From assembly GCA_963763775.1 (NCBI GenBank), contig CAVXPZ010000004.1, positions 1-64,000 on the forward strand: DNA of 64,000 nt, given 5' to 3'. This document shows positions 1-8,432 of the stretch, in pieces. Source of the stretch: an uncultured Chloroflexia bacterium (GTDB taxonomy: Bacteria; Chloroflexota; Limnocylindria; Limnocylindrales; CSP1-4). Position 1 is the stretch's first letter, and each line of letters begins with the position of its first letter. Below the pieces are notes generated by a model. The model was not told where the DNA came from, did no database searches, and was given only the letters and a program-made list of their open reading frames with translations. The position numbers and the translations under genes are program-made.

Positions 1-27
1 CATGACAGCCCGCGGCGCAGAACCCTG

Positions 28-56
28 AGTATGGGGCTTTGCGGTCGTCGCGTCAA
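28..56 (-). promoter_or_regulatory. sigma70-type promoter (TTGACG-17-CATACT) for a gene starting at or beyond the left edge
   Basis: Minus-strand TTGACG at 56-51 and CATACT at 33-28 with a 17-nt spacer; ATG at 3-1. Confidence 0.6.
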
Positions 57-128
57 TCGCGCCGACCCGGGCGACCGAGCCTCGGTGGCCCGTTCCATGC
101 GACCTCCGAAGAGGTGGCACGGCGGCGA

Positions 129-157
129 ATGATACGGGGGCGTGGATGGCCCGTCAA
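129..157 (-). promoter_or_regulatory. second tandem sigma70-type promoter (TTGACG-17-TATCAT)
   Basis: Minus-strand TTGACG at 157-152 and TATCAT at 134-129 with a 17-nt spacer. Confidence 0.6.
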
Positions 158-207
158 ACGTGCGGTCGGGGGAGCGGGGTCGGCCGCTGAGCGACCCGCG
201 AACCTGG

Positions 208-393
208 TCAGATCGGGCTCGTCTCCACCAGGAGGATGAACGCGGCGCCGCTGAGCCAGCACAGCAGCGCGAGCTCGGGCGACGAGCCGACGCCGAACGG
301 GCCGACCAGGACCAGGTAGAGCACGATCCCGAGCAGCAGGGCTGCGCCGGCCTTCGCCAGGCGGAGCAGGATCTCGAAGACCAGGTTGCTCAT
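208..393 (-). CDS. small two-TM membrane protein, hypothetical
   Basis: 61-aa hydrophobic ORF starting 5 nt after the recR stop; GC3-rich codons. Confidence 0.7.
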   Translation of the reverse strand: MSNLVFEILLRLAKAGAALLLGIVLYLVLVGPFGVGSSPELALLCWLSGAAFILLVETSPI

Positions 394-398
394 CGCGG

Positions 399-1016
399 TC
401 AGACGGCCCGTCGGCCTTGGAGGGCGCGGATCAGGGTCACTTCGTCGGCATATTCGAGGTCGCCGCCGACGGGCAGACCGCGCGCGATGCGGCTCACCTC
501 ACCCACGACGGCCTCGAGGCGCTCGGCGAGGTACATGGCCGTGGCCTCGCCCTCGAGGGTCGGGTTCGTGGCCAGGATGACCTCGACGAACGGCGCACCC
601 TCGCGTTTCGCGTCATCGGCCCGGGCGAGCAACTCGCGGATCCGCAGCCGGTCCGGGCCGATCCCGTCGATCGGGGAGATCGCGCCATGGAGCACGTGAT
701 AGAGGCCCTTGAACTCGCCGGTCCGCTCGAGCGCGAGGACGTCCAGCGGCTCCTCCACGACGCAGAGCCGCGACTGGTCCCGCCCGGGGTCGCGGCAGAT
801 CGGGCAGAGCGGGGCATCGCTGATGTTGAAACACCGGTCGCAGAACACCACCTTGTCCCGGACGTCGACGAGCGCGGCGGCCAGGGCCCGGGCCTCGGCG
901 TCGGGTGCACGCAGCAGGTGGTACGTCAGGCGCTGGGCGGTCTTGGGACCGATCCCCGGGAGACGTGCGAACGACTCGATCAGTCGGGCGACCGGTTCGA
1001 TGACAGGGGAAGCCAC
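399..1016 (-). CDS. recR: recombination protein RecR
   Basis: LPGIGPKTAQRL HhH motif, C4 zinc finger, Toprim ATNPTLEGEATA, GLPVGGDLEYAD. Confidence 0.98.
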   Translation of the reverse strand: MASPVIEPVARLIESFARLPGIGPKTAQRLTYHLLRAPDAEARALAAALVDVRDKVVFCDRCFNISDAPLCPICRDPGRDQSRLCVVEEPLDVLALERTGEFKGLYHVLHGAISPIDGIGPDRLRIRELLARADDAKREGAPFVEVILATNPTLEGEATAMYLAERLEAVVGEVSRIARGLPVGGDLEYADEVTLIRALQGRRAV

Positions 1017-1031
1017 GGACTTACGGCCGAC

Positions 1032-1337
1032 CTACATGCCCGGGAGACGGAGCCCGCCCGTGACGGCGGCCATCTTCTGCTCGGCGAGGTCGCGCGAGGT
1101 GCGCAACGCGTCGTTGACTGCCGCGACGACCAGGTCCTGGAGCATGTCGACGTCCGCGGGGTCGACCGCCGACGGGTCGATGGTGACGCTCACGAGCTCC
1201 TGCTTGCCGGTCACCTGGGCGGTCACGACCCCGCCACCGGCCGAGCCGTCCACGATCGTCGACTCCAGCTCGGTCTGGATCCGCAGCATCTCCTGCTGCA
1301 TCTGCTGGGCCATGCGCTGCAGATTGGCCATCCCCAT
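1032..1337 (-). CDS. ybaB: YbaB/EbfC nucleoid-associated protein
   Basis: AQQMQQ..GSAGGGVV..DMLQDLVVAAVNDA; lies between dnaX and recR; AGGAG RBS upstream of ATG 1337. Confidence 0.95.
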   Translation of the reverse strand: MGMANLQRMAQQMQQEMLRIQTELESTIVDGSAGGGVVTAQVTGKQELVSVTIDPSAVDPADVDMLQDLVVAAVNDALRTSRDLAEQKMAAVTGGLRLPGM

Positions 1338-1410
1338 CGGCGCTGCTCCTTCGTTCGGCTCGTCGTCAGTCAGTCTGGCGGATGCGCCCGCGTCGTGCTG
1401 CGGCCGGCGG

Positions 1411-3129
1411 TCAGCTGACCTCGCCGACGTCGACTCGCACGTCCGCGAAGATCCGGCCGGCTTCCGCGATGACCTCGTCCGGCGCCATCGGCGGCGGGAT
1501 CTCGATGTTGGTCGCAACCGCGCGCACCGCGACGTCGCGGCCGAGGAACGCCCCGAACGCAGTCTCGAGCTCGGGGCGCTTGCGCTCGGCCTGATCCTTC
1601 AGGAAGCCCCGGCTCTCCGGGAAGCCGAGGGTCACGACATTGCCGTCGACCGCCATCGGACGGCACTCGTTGATGACCGCGCGGGTCGCCGGGCCGACCG
1701 AAGCCACGATCTCCGGCCAGCCCGCCTGGAGACGGGCGAGGTCGCCGCTAGCCGACACGACCGGTAGGGGCGTCGTGGACGCGCGTCCGCCATCGGCCTC
1801 AGATGGCGAGCTGCGGTCGGACGTCGAGGACGCGGCGACGGACGACGCCCCGGGCGCGGGGATCGCCTCGGCCGCGGGCGTCTCGGCGGGCGCGGCCGGA
1901 TCGGTCGTTCGGGCAGCCGCGTCGACGGGCACCGGCGCGACCTCGATCGGGACCGCGACGGGCTGCGCCGGCCGGCGCGAGGGCTGTGAAGGAACGGGTT
2001 CGATGGGCTGGGATGCCGTCGTGCGAGCTGGCGCCGCCGATGGCGCGGGACGCCTGGCGACAGCGCCGGCCGAGGCCGTCGAGGATGGGTCGGCGCCGGA
2101 GCCGGCGAAGAGCGCGAGCTCGAGCTGGAGCCGGAGACCGCCCACGCCCGCGCGGTCCGGGTCGATGGCGGCGAGTCGGCGCGCGGCGTCGGTCAGGCCG
2201 GGCGTCATCGCGTGATCGGTGCCGGACAGGCTTTCGACCAGTCGGGCGCGGATCACCTCGATGGTCTGGTCGAGCAGGGTCCGCACGTCGCGACCGCGCT
2301 CGTCCATGGCGTCGAGCAGGGCGATCCCGGCGGCGGCATCCCCGTCGATCAGCGCCGTGACGAACCCGTCGACCGCGTCGGCGTCGGCGAGACCCAGGAG
2401 GTCGCGCACGCGGGCCTCGTCGATGGTGTCCGGCGCGGACGAGAGGAGTTGGTCGAGCATCGATTCGGCGTCGCGCATGCCGCCCGCGGCGAGGCGGGCG
2501 ATGAGGTGCAGCGCCGCCGGGTCCGCGGTGCGACCGTCGGCCTCGAGGATCCGGGCGAGCTTGCCTTCGATCTCCGCGGTCGTCAGCCGACGAACGTCGT
2601 ACCGCTGAAGCCGCGACAGGATCGCGGGCGGGAACTTCGACGGCTCGGTGGAGGCGAACATGAACGTGACGAAGTCGGGCGGTTCCTCGAGCGACTTGAG
2701 GAGGGCGTTCCACGCCGGCCCCGTGATCTGGTGGGCCTCGTCGAGGATGTAGACCTTGCGGCGCAGCTCGCCGGGGGGATACGGCAGGCGCTCGCGGAGA
2801 TTCCGGATGCTCTCGATGCCGTTGTTGCTGGCGGCATCGATCTCGACCAGGTCGAGTGTCGTCCCCTCGCGGATGCCGACGCACGACGGGCAGACGTCAC
2901 AGGCGTCGCCATCCTGGAGGTTCGTGCAATTGAGGGCCTTGGCCAGGATCCGGGCGAGCGAGGTCTTGCCGGTGCCGCGCGGACCGACGAAGAGGACCGC
3001 GTGGGACACCCGATCGGTCCGGACGCCGTTCCGGAGCGTCTCGACCACCGCCTCCTGGCCCACGATCTCCGCGAAGGTCTGCGCGCGCCAGCGGCGATAG
3101 ATGACCTGGTGCTGGACGGGTGAGGTCAC
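1411..3129 (-). CDS. dnaX: DNA polymerase III subunit gamma/tau
   Basis: YRRWR..F.EIVGQE, GPRGTGKTS, EIDAASNNG, LDEAH, LLKSLEEPP; GTG start 3129 after GGAGGAGG. Confidence 0.97.
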   Translation of the reverse strand: MTSPVQHQVIYRRWRAQTFAEIVGQEAVVETLRNGVRTDRVSHAVLFVGPRGTGKTSLARILAKALNCTNLQDGDACDVCPSCVGIREGTTLDLVEIDAASNNGIESIRNLRERLPYPPGELRRKVYILDEAHQITGPAWNALLKSLEEPPDFVTFMFASTEPSKFPPAILSRLQRYDVRRLTTAEIEGKLARILEADGRTADPAALHLIARLAAGGMRDAESMLDQLLSSAPDTIDEARVRDLLGLADADAVDGFVTALIDGDAAAGIALLDAMDERGRDVRTLLDQTIEVIRARLVESLSGTDHAMTPGLTDAARRLAAIDPDRAGVGGLRLQLELALFAGSGADPSSTASAGAVARRPAPSAAPARTTASQPIEPVPSQPSRRPAQPVAVPIEVAPVPVDAAARTTDPAAPAETPAAEAIPAPGASSVAASSTSDRSSPSEADGGRASTTPLPVVSASGDLARLQAGWPEIVASVGPATRAVINECRPMAVDGNVVTLGFPESRGFLKDQAERKRPELETAFGAFLGRDVAVRAVATNIEIPPPMAPDEVIAEAGRIFADVRVDVGEVS

Positions 3130-3162
3130 GCCTCCTCCGATCGAGGGCGAGCCGGGTCGAAG

Positions 3163-3430
3163 TGCCGTGCACCCACCGTCGATCGAGAACGTCCCCGTGC
3201 CCACCATGACGAGCGGCTCGGACCAGGCCGTTCCGCGGCACCCGGCGATGATCGCTTAGTGCTGCTTCCTTCCGGACCTGACACGGTTCGCGGTTCGCCG
3301 CTGCGCGGGACCCGATCCTCAACGTCGCATCGTCGGGCGGCGTTCGGAGACGGAGACCTCGGGAGGGGATTCAGCCCTGCTGGAGCGGATTGCAGGTACA
3401 GGGCACCGCTAGTTCCCCGCCTAGCACGGC
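3163..3430 (-). ncRNA. ffs: signal recognition particle RNA, large (Alu-domain) bacterial type
   Basis: Helix-8 motif TCAGGTCCGGAAGGAAGCAGC; 5' GCCGTGCTAGGCGGGGAACTAGCGGTGCCCTGTACCTGCAATCC pairs with 3' GGGTGCACGGC; upstream of dnaX; TATCCT -10 just upstream. Confidence 0.93.
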
Positions 3431-3734
3431 TCAGGAAGGATACCCGGTTGCCGACGGGTCGGCGGGGGGCGGAGGCGTGCGTCATGGCACCCGACGAGGG
3501 CGTGCCGCCGGTTCGGCGGACGGTGGCCGGCAGCCCGCGCGGAACTCCTGGTACCCAGATCCGGACGGCCGCACTGGCAATCGGGCTCGATCTGGCAGAA
3601 CCGCGTCGTTTCCTGGAGGGTGCACGAGGGGAGACCGGCGACACCGGTACCAGGAGTACCGAGCGCACAGATGCGCCAACGCTGCCAGCGGCCGTCAGCG
3701 TGACGAGCGACGCGCCGCGAGATGGCGTGGCCGG

Positions 3735-3806
3735 CAAGGCGGAGCCGAGCACTGGAGCGAGCGCACATCAGCGTGCGTGAGCGAGCGCGCACAGGGCGAC
3801 AACGCC
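3735..3806. repeat. ~70-bp degenerate repeat copy 1, downstream of tRNA-Ser(GGA)
   Basis: CAAGGCGG..GAGCAC..GAGCGAGCGCAC...AGCGTGCGTGAGCGAGCGCGC....CAACGCC, shared with 3995-4065. Confidence 0.8.
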
Positions 3807-3836
3807 GCCAGGACGCGTCAGATCGAGGAGCGGGGG

Positions 3837-3924
3837 TGGCGGAGAGGGCGGGATTCGAACCCGCGACGGGTTGCCCCGAACCGCATTTCCAGTGCGGCGC
3901 CATAGTCCACTAGGCGACCTCTCC
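3837..3924 (-). tRNA. tRNA-Ser(GGA)
   Basis: Anticodon arm CCGCA-CTGGAAA-TGCGG, long variable arm, GGTTCGAATCC, encoded CCA. Confidence 0.97.
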
Positions 3925-3994
3925 CCGAAGGGAACCCGACGCTCAGGCGTGTGGCTCAGCGGCGATCCCGACCGTCGGCTCGGGTGGACGAGGC

Positions 3995-4065
3995 CAAGGC
4001 GGCGAGGAGCACGTGAGCGAGCGCACCCGAGCGTGCGTGAGCGAGCGCGCGGACGCGCCAACGCC
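3995..4065. repeat. ~70-bp degenerate repeat copy 2, downstream of tRNA-Ser(CGA)
   Basis: Aligns to 3735-3806 at a 260-nt offset. Confidence 0.8.
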
Positions 4066-4094
4066 GGCATCGGCCGCGCCGAGACGACGGTCTG

Positions 4095-4180
<86 letters not shown>

Positions 4181-4251
4181 GCGCGAGAGGATACCAAACC
4201 CGGCGACCGGGACCCCCAGGCGATGGTCCCGGGTCAGGCGTGGCGGCCCGG

Positions 4252-4692
4252 TCAGCCGACCGGCAGACCGGCGAACAGCGCCTGGGCCTCGTCGCGGCGG
4301 ATGCCGCTGACGACCTTGATGCGCCGCGGGAGCGAATCGTGCTGGGCGAGCTGGATGACGGTGCCGGCCGCGCCGTCGATGTCGTTCGGGAGGGCGAAGA
4401 CGAGCGCCTCGACATCGCTCTCGAGGAGCGCCCCGACGCACATCGCGCACGGCTCGAGGGTCGTGAAGATCGTGGCATCGGCGAGCCGCGTCGAGCCGAG
4501 CTTCCGGGCGCCTTCCCGCAGCGCGACGATGACCGCATGGGCCGTGGGGTCGTTCGTCTCCTGGACGCGGTCGTGGGCACGAGCCACCATCGCCTCGTCG
4601 ACGACGGCGACCGCCGCGATGGGGCGCTCGCCGCGCGAGGCCGCGAGCTGGGCCTCGGCGAGGGCCTCGCCCATGAACAATTCGTAGTTCAT
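4252..4692 (-). CDS. tadA: TadA-like nucleoside deaminase family protein, catalytic Glu replaced (HAV)
   Basis: DPTAHAV, TLEPCAMC, GAAGT; tadA-tRNA-ffs-dnaX synteny; TAGCAT-7nt-ATG leaderless start. Confidence 0.88.
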   Translation of the reverse strand: MNYELFMGEALAEAQLAASRGERPIAAVAVVDEAMVARAHDRVQETNDPTAHAVIVALREGARKLGSTRLADATIFTTLEPCAMCVGALLESDVEALVFALPNDIDGAAGTVIQLAQHDSLPRRIKVVSGIRRDEAQALFAGLPVG

Positions 4693-4814
4693 GGCTTCGA
4701 TGCTAGCAGACGGGGCGGGCCCGGCCGTCACCGCCGGCGGGGGTCTGGCGGCGGCCGGACGCAACCCGTTCGCAACCCTCGTGGCGCGCGGCCGAGGCGT
4801 ACGATTCGGTCGCC

Positions 4815-5993
4815 ATGACCACCAAGAAGCGGATCGGGATCCTGACCGGCGGCGGCGACGTCCCCGGCCTCAACGCCGTCATCAAGAGCGTCGTCTATCG
4901 CGCGACCGAGGCCGGGTATGACGTCCTCGGGATCCGGCGCGGCTGGGAGGGCCTGACCCACGTCCGACCCGACGTCGGCGTCGACCCCGAGTACATGCGG
5001 CCGCTCGACCGGACGAACACGCGGACGATCGACCGGACCGGCGGCACCATCCTGCACACGTCACGGACGAACCCGCGGAAGATGCGCGCGGCGGGCCTGC
5101 CGCCGTGGCTCGACGACGCCGCGCGCGCCCGGTTCGCCAAGGACGACGGCATCTTCGACCTCACGCCCCTGGTGCTCGACCATCTCGGGCAGCTCGGGAT
5201 CGACCAGCTGGTCACGATCGGCGGGGACGACACGCTGTCCTACTCGCAGGTCCTCGTCAACGAGGGCGTCCCGCTCATGGCGATCCCGAAGACGATGGAC
5301 AACGACGTCCAGGGGACCGAGTACTGCATCGGCTTCTCGACGGCGATCACCAGGGCGAAGGAGGCGATCAACCGCCAGCGGACGACGCTCGGCTCGCACG
5401 AGCGGATCGGCGTGTTCCGCATCTTCGGCCGCGACGCCGGCTTCTCGGCGCTGTACACGGCGTACGTGACCTCGGGGCGCTGCGTCATCCCCGAGGCGCC
5501 GTACGACCTGGAGGCCCTCGCCGAGATCCTCGCCGCGGACCATGCCGCCAACCCGAGCCACTACGCGTTCGTCATCACCGCGGAAGGGGCGATCTGGCAA
5601 GGTGCCCAGATGGCCGACGTCGGGGACGCCGACGCGTTCGGCCACCGCCACAAGGCCAATGTCGGCGAGGCCCTCGCGAGCGAGATCAAGAGCCGGACCG
5701 GCATCGAGACCCTCGCGTCCGAACTCACCTACGACCTCCGGTCAGGCGAGCCGGACTCGATCGACTCCATGGTCGCGACGACCTTCGCCAACGTGGCGAT
5801 GGACCTCGTCGAGGGCGGGGTCGTCGGCCGGATGGTGGCCATCCAGGACGGGAAGTACGCCCACACGGCCCTCCCCGATCCGGCGCTCGGGCCGCGCAAG
5901 GTCGACGTCCCGGTGATGTACAACGCGGCGCGGTTCCGACCCCGCTACGACGGGAAGCTCGGGGATCCGATGCTGCTGGTGGGGCTCGACTAG
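4815..5993 (+). CDS. pfkA: 6-phosphofructokinase family protein, probably PPi-dependent
   Basis: ILTGGGDVPGLN, GGTILHTSR, IGGDDT, PKTMDND. Confidence 0.92.
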   Translation: MTTKKRIGILTGGGDVPGLNAVIKSVVYRATEAGYDVLGIRRGWEGLTHVRPDVGVDPEYMRPLDRTNTRTIDRTGGTILHTSRTNPRKMRAAGLPPWLDDAARARFAKDDGIFDLTPLVLDHLGQLGIDQLVTIGGDDTLSYSQVLVNEGVPLMAIPKTMDNDVQGTEYCIGFSTAITRAKEAINRQRTTLGSHERIGVFRIFGRDAGFSALYTAYVTSGRCVIPEAPYDLEALAEILAADHAANPSHYAFVITAEGAIWQGAQMADVGDADAFGHRHKANVGEALASEIKSRTGIETLASELTYDLRSGEPDSIDSMVATTFANVAMDLVEGGVVGRMVAIQDGKYAHTALPDPALGPRKVDVPVMYNAARFRPRYDGKLGDPMLLVGLD

Positions 5994-6882
5994 TCCTCGA
6001 GGCCGGACAGCCCGCGGATCGCCCGGGCGAGCGCCGACATGTCGTCTTCGGCGTGGCCCTTCGCGATGAGCCCGGATTCGAGCTGCGCGGCGAGCGCGCT
6101 GACCGGCAGCGCGGCGCCGAGTTGCGCCGCGAGGTCGAGGGCGATCCCGAGGTCCTTGCGATGGAGCGCCACCTTGAACCCGAGCGGGTAGTCGTTCGCG
6201 AGCATCCGACCGCTTCGATTGGCGAGCACCCAGCGACTGGGCGGCTCCGCCCCCGAGTGCCTCGACCACCTGCTCGACATCGAGACCCGCACGGATCGCG
6301 AGCACGATGCCCTCGGCCACGCCAAGGTAGGTGCCGGCGAGGATGACCTGGTTCACGGCCTTGACCGCCTGGCCGGCGCCGATCGGACCGACGTGGGTGA
6401 TGGTCTTGCCCATCGCCGCGAGCACCGGCCGGGCCCGCTCGACGTCGTCCGCGTCGCCGCCGACGAAGATCGTGAGCGTCGCCTTCTGGGCACCCTCGCT
6501 GCCGCCGGAGACCGGCGCGTCGACCATCGAGAGGCCGCGCTCGCGAAGGCGCGCGGCGAAGTCCCAGCTCCCCGACGGGGCGATCGTCGAGCAGTCGATG
6601 ATGAGCATGCCATCCGTGGCGCCGTCGACGACCCCGTCCGGCCCGAACAGGACGGCCTCGACGTCCGGCGTGTCCGAGACGCAGACGACCGCGATGTCGG
6701 CCTCGGCGACGGCCGCCGCCGGGCGTCTCGGCGATCGCCACGCCGAGCTCCGCGAGCTCGGGGGCACGTCCCGGCGTCCGGTTCCAGCCGGTGACCGAGA
6801 ACCCGGCCCGGGCGAGATTGGCGGCCATCGCGGCACCCATGGTGCCGAGGCCGAGGAACGCGACGCGGGTCAGGTCGGTCAC
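5990..6882 (-). CDS. NAD(P)-dependent beta-hydroxyacid dehydrogenase (3-hydroxyisobutyrate/tartronate semialdehyde reductase family); frameshifts near 6720 and 6237
   Basis: FLGLGTMGAAMA, DAPVSGG, GAGQAVKAVNQ, GFKVALHRKDL spread over three frames. Confidence 0.88.
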
Positions 6883-6891
6883 TGGATCACC

Positions 6892-7272
6892 CTACAGGAA
6901 GAGGAACGCGATGATGGCGAGCGCGGGTGGCACGGCCTGGAGCATCGCCGCCCGGAGCATCGCCCGGTCCGTGGCGATCAGCACGACGCCGGCGAGCGTC
7001 ATGCACGCGCACGCGAAGAGGACGATGGCGCGTCCGGCGTCGGGCGATCCCGTGGCGATCAGGATCAGGCCGCCGAGGATGCCCGCGGCGAGGAACAGGT
7101 TGTAGAAGCCCTGGTTGAAGGCCATCGGCCGGACGATGTCGGCATCGGCCTGGCTGGTCAGCCCGAAGCGCGCCCAGGTCGCCGGTCGCGCGAACGCGAT
7201 GCTCTCGAGGTAGAAGAACCCGACATGGAGGAGCGCCGCGAGCAGCGCGAAGGCCTGGGCGATCAGGGGCAT
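6892..7272 (-). CDS. DUF1304 family membrane protein
   Basis: LHVGFFYLE and AFNQGFYNLFLA motifs; four TM segments. Confidence 0.88.
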   Translation of the reverse strand: MPLIAQAFALLAALLHVGFFYLESIAFARPATWARFGLTSQADADIVRPMAFNQGFYNLFLAAGILGGLILIATGSPDAGRAIVLFACACMTLAGVVLIATDRAMLRAAMLQAVPPALAIIAFLFL

Positions 7273-7334
7273 GGCGGCATGCTACCCGGCGTGGGCCGAG
7301 GGGATGCCGCGATCGCAACGGCATCGAAGGGAGT

Positions 7335-7410
7335 TGGCGCGCCCGGCGGGACTCGAACCCACGACCTTTAGGTCCGCAACCTAACGCTCTATCCACTGAG
7401 CTACGGGCGC
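7335..7410 (-). tRNA. tRNA-Arg(GCG)
   Basis: GCGCCCGTAGCTCAGTGGATAGAGCG TTAGG-TTGCGGA-CCTAA AGGTC GTGGGTTCGAGTCCCGC CGGGCGCGCCA. Confidence 0.95.
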
Positions 7411-7429
7411 ACGCGATGCCGACGGAGGA

Positions 7430-7521
7430 TGGCGGAGAGGGAGGGATTCGAACCCTCGAAGCAGGTTACCCCACTTGGCGGTTTAGCAAACCGCTGCACT
7501 AGACCTCTATGCGACCTCTCC
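7430..7521 (-). tRNA. tRNA-Ser(GCT)
   Basis: Anticodon arm GCGGT-TTGCTAA-ACCGC, long variable arm, CCA end. Confidence 0.97.
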
Positions 7522-7615
7522 GGGCGTCGGCGGCCGACATGCTACCACGAGGGTCCGGACCGCCCGGAGTGCGCTACCCTCGACCGCTCACCCATCGGCT
7601 GATCGAGGAGGTCCG

Positions 7616-8213
7616 ATGACCGACGAACCGCGCATCACGCGCGAACCGACCTCAGAGGAGGCGATGCGATCGGCCTGGATCGGCGAGCCGCCGGTCCACG
7701 GGACGACCATCGACCTCGCGGACTACGACCCCGACGTGGCCCGTCCTCTACGAGCGCGAGGCGGCCCGGATCCGCGCGGCGCTCGGCGACCGCGTCCGTC
7801 GCCTCGAGCACATCGGGTCGACGTCGGTCCCGGGACTCGCGGCCAAGCCGATCATCGACATCGTCCTGGCCGTCCCGGACACCGCGGATGAGCCGTCGTA
7901 CGTGCCGGACCTGGAGGCGGCCGGGTACGTCCTCACGGTCCGCGAGCCCGACTGGTACGAGCATCGGCTGTTCAAGGGGCCCGACACGGACATCAACCTG
8001 CACACCTACCCCGACGGGTGCGCGGAGATCGACCGGTATCTCGCGTTCCGCGACCGCCTCCGGACGCACGACGACGAGCGCGACCTGTATGAGCGGGCGA
8101 AGCGCGAGCTCGCGGCGCGCGAGTGGCGGTACGTCCAGCACTATGCCGATGCCAAGACCGAGGTCGTCGAGGGGATCATCGCGCGGGCGGCCGAGAGCGA
8201 CGCCCTGTCATGA
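7616..8213 (+). CDS. GrpB family protein (frameshift near 7735)
   Basis: YDP.W..; EHIGSTSVPGLAAKPIIDI; NLH; FRDRLR; Y..AK; GAGGAGG RBS. Confidence 0.88.
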
Positions 8214-8246
8214 GGACGCCTCGGGTCGCGCCCGTGCCCGCGCGCG

Positions 8247-8275
8247 TTGACATCGCGGGCGTCCGTGGGTACCGT
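8247..8275 (+). promoter_or_regulatory. sigma70 promoter of the aro operon
   Basis: TTGACA (8247-8252), 17 nt, TACCGT (8270-8275). Confidence 0.8.
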
Positions 8276-8286
8276 CCGGGCTACGC

Positions 8287-8322
8287 ATGAGCCGCTTCTT
8301 CTACTTTCAACGCCCGGCATGA
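8287..8322 (+). CDS. Phe/Tyr-rich attenuator leader peptide MSRFFYFQRPA
   Basis: ATG AGC CGC TTC TTC TAC TTT CAA CGC CCG GCA TGA, between the promoter and an intrinsic terminator upstream of DAHP synthase. Confidence 0.8.
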   Translation: MSRFFYFQRPA

Positions 8323-8369
8323 TGGTTCTCGGTCAGTAGACCGGGGGCACGGGTCGTGCCGGGCGAACG

Positions 8370-8400
8370 AAGCAGAGGCGAGACCTCTGCTTTTTTGTTT
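8370..8400 (+). terminator. attenuator intrinsic terminator
   Basis: AAGCAGAGG-CGAGA-CCTCTGCTT followed by a T-run, which is rare in this GC-rich DNA. Confidence 0.88.
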
Positions 8401-8432
8401 GGCCGACCGACCGACGAGGAGACCGCAGCGCG

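Noticed and set aside
1411-3129. Programmed frameshift producing the gamma subunit in dnaX
   Set aside because: No A-AAA-AAG or poly-A/T slippery run seen.
3163-3430. Large Alu-containing SRP RNA as a novelty
   Set aside because: A known type in Firmicutes and several deep-branching phyla, in its usual position.
8255-8280. GTGGGTACCGT upstream of aroF as a T-box core
   Set aside because: It coincides with the -10 box at correct spacing from TTGACA and has no stem I or specifier; the leader-peptide model fits better.
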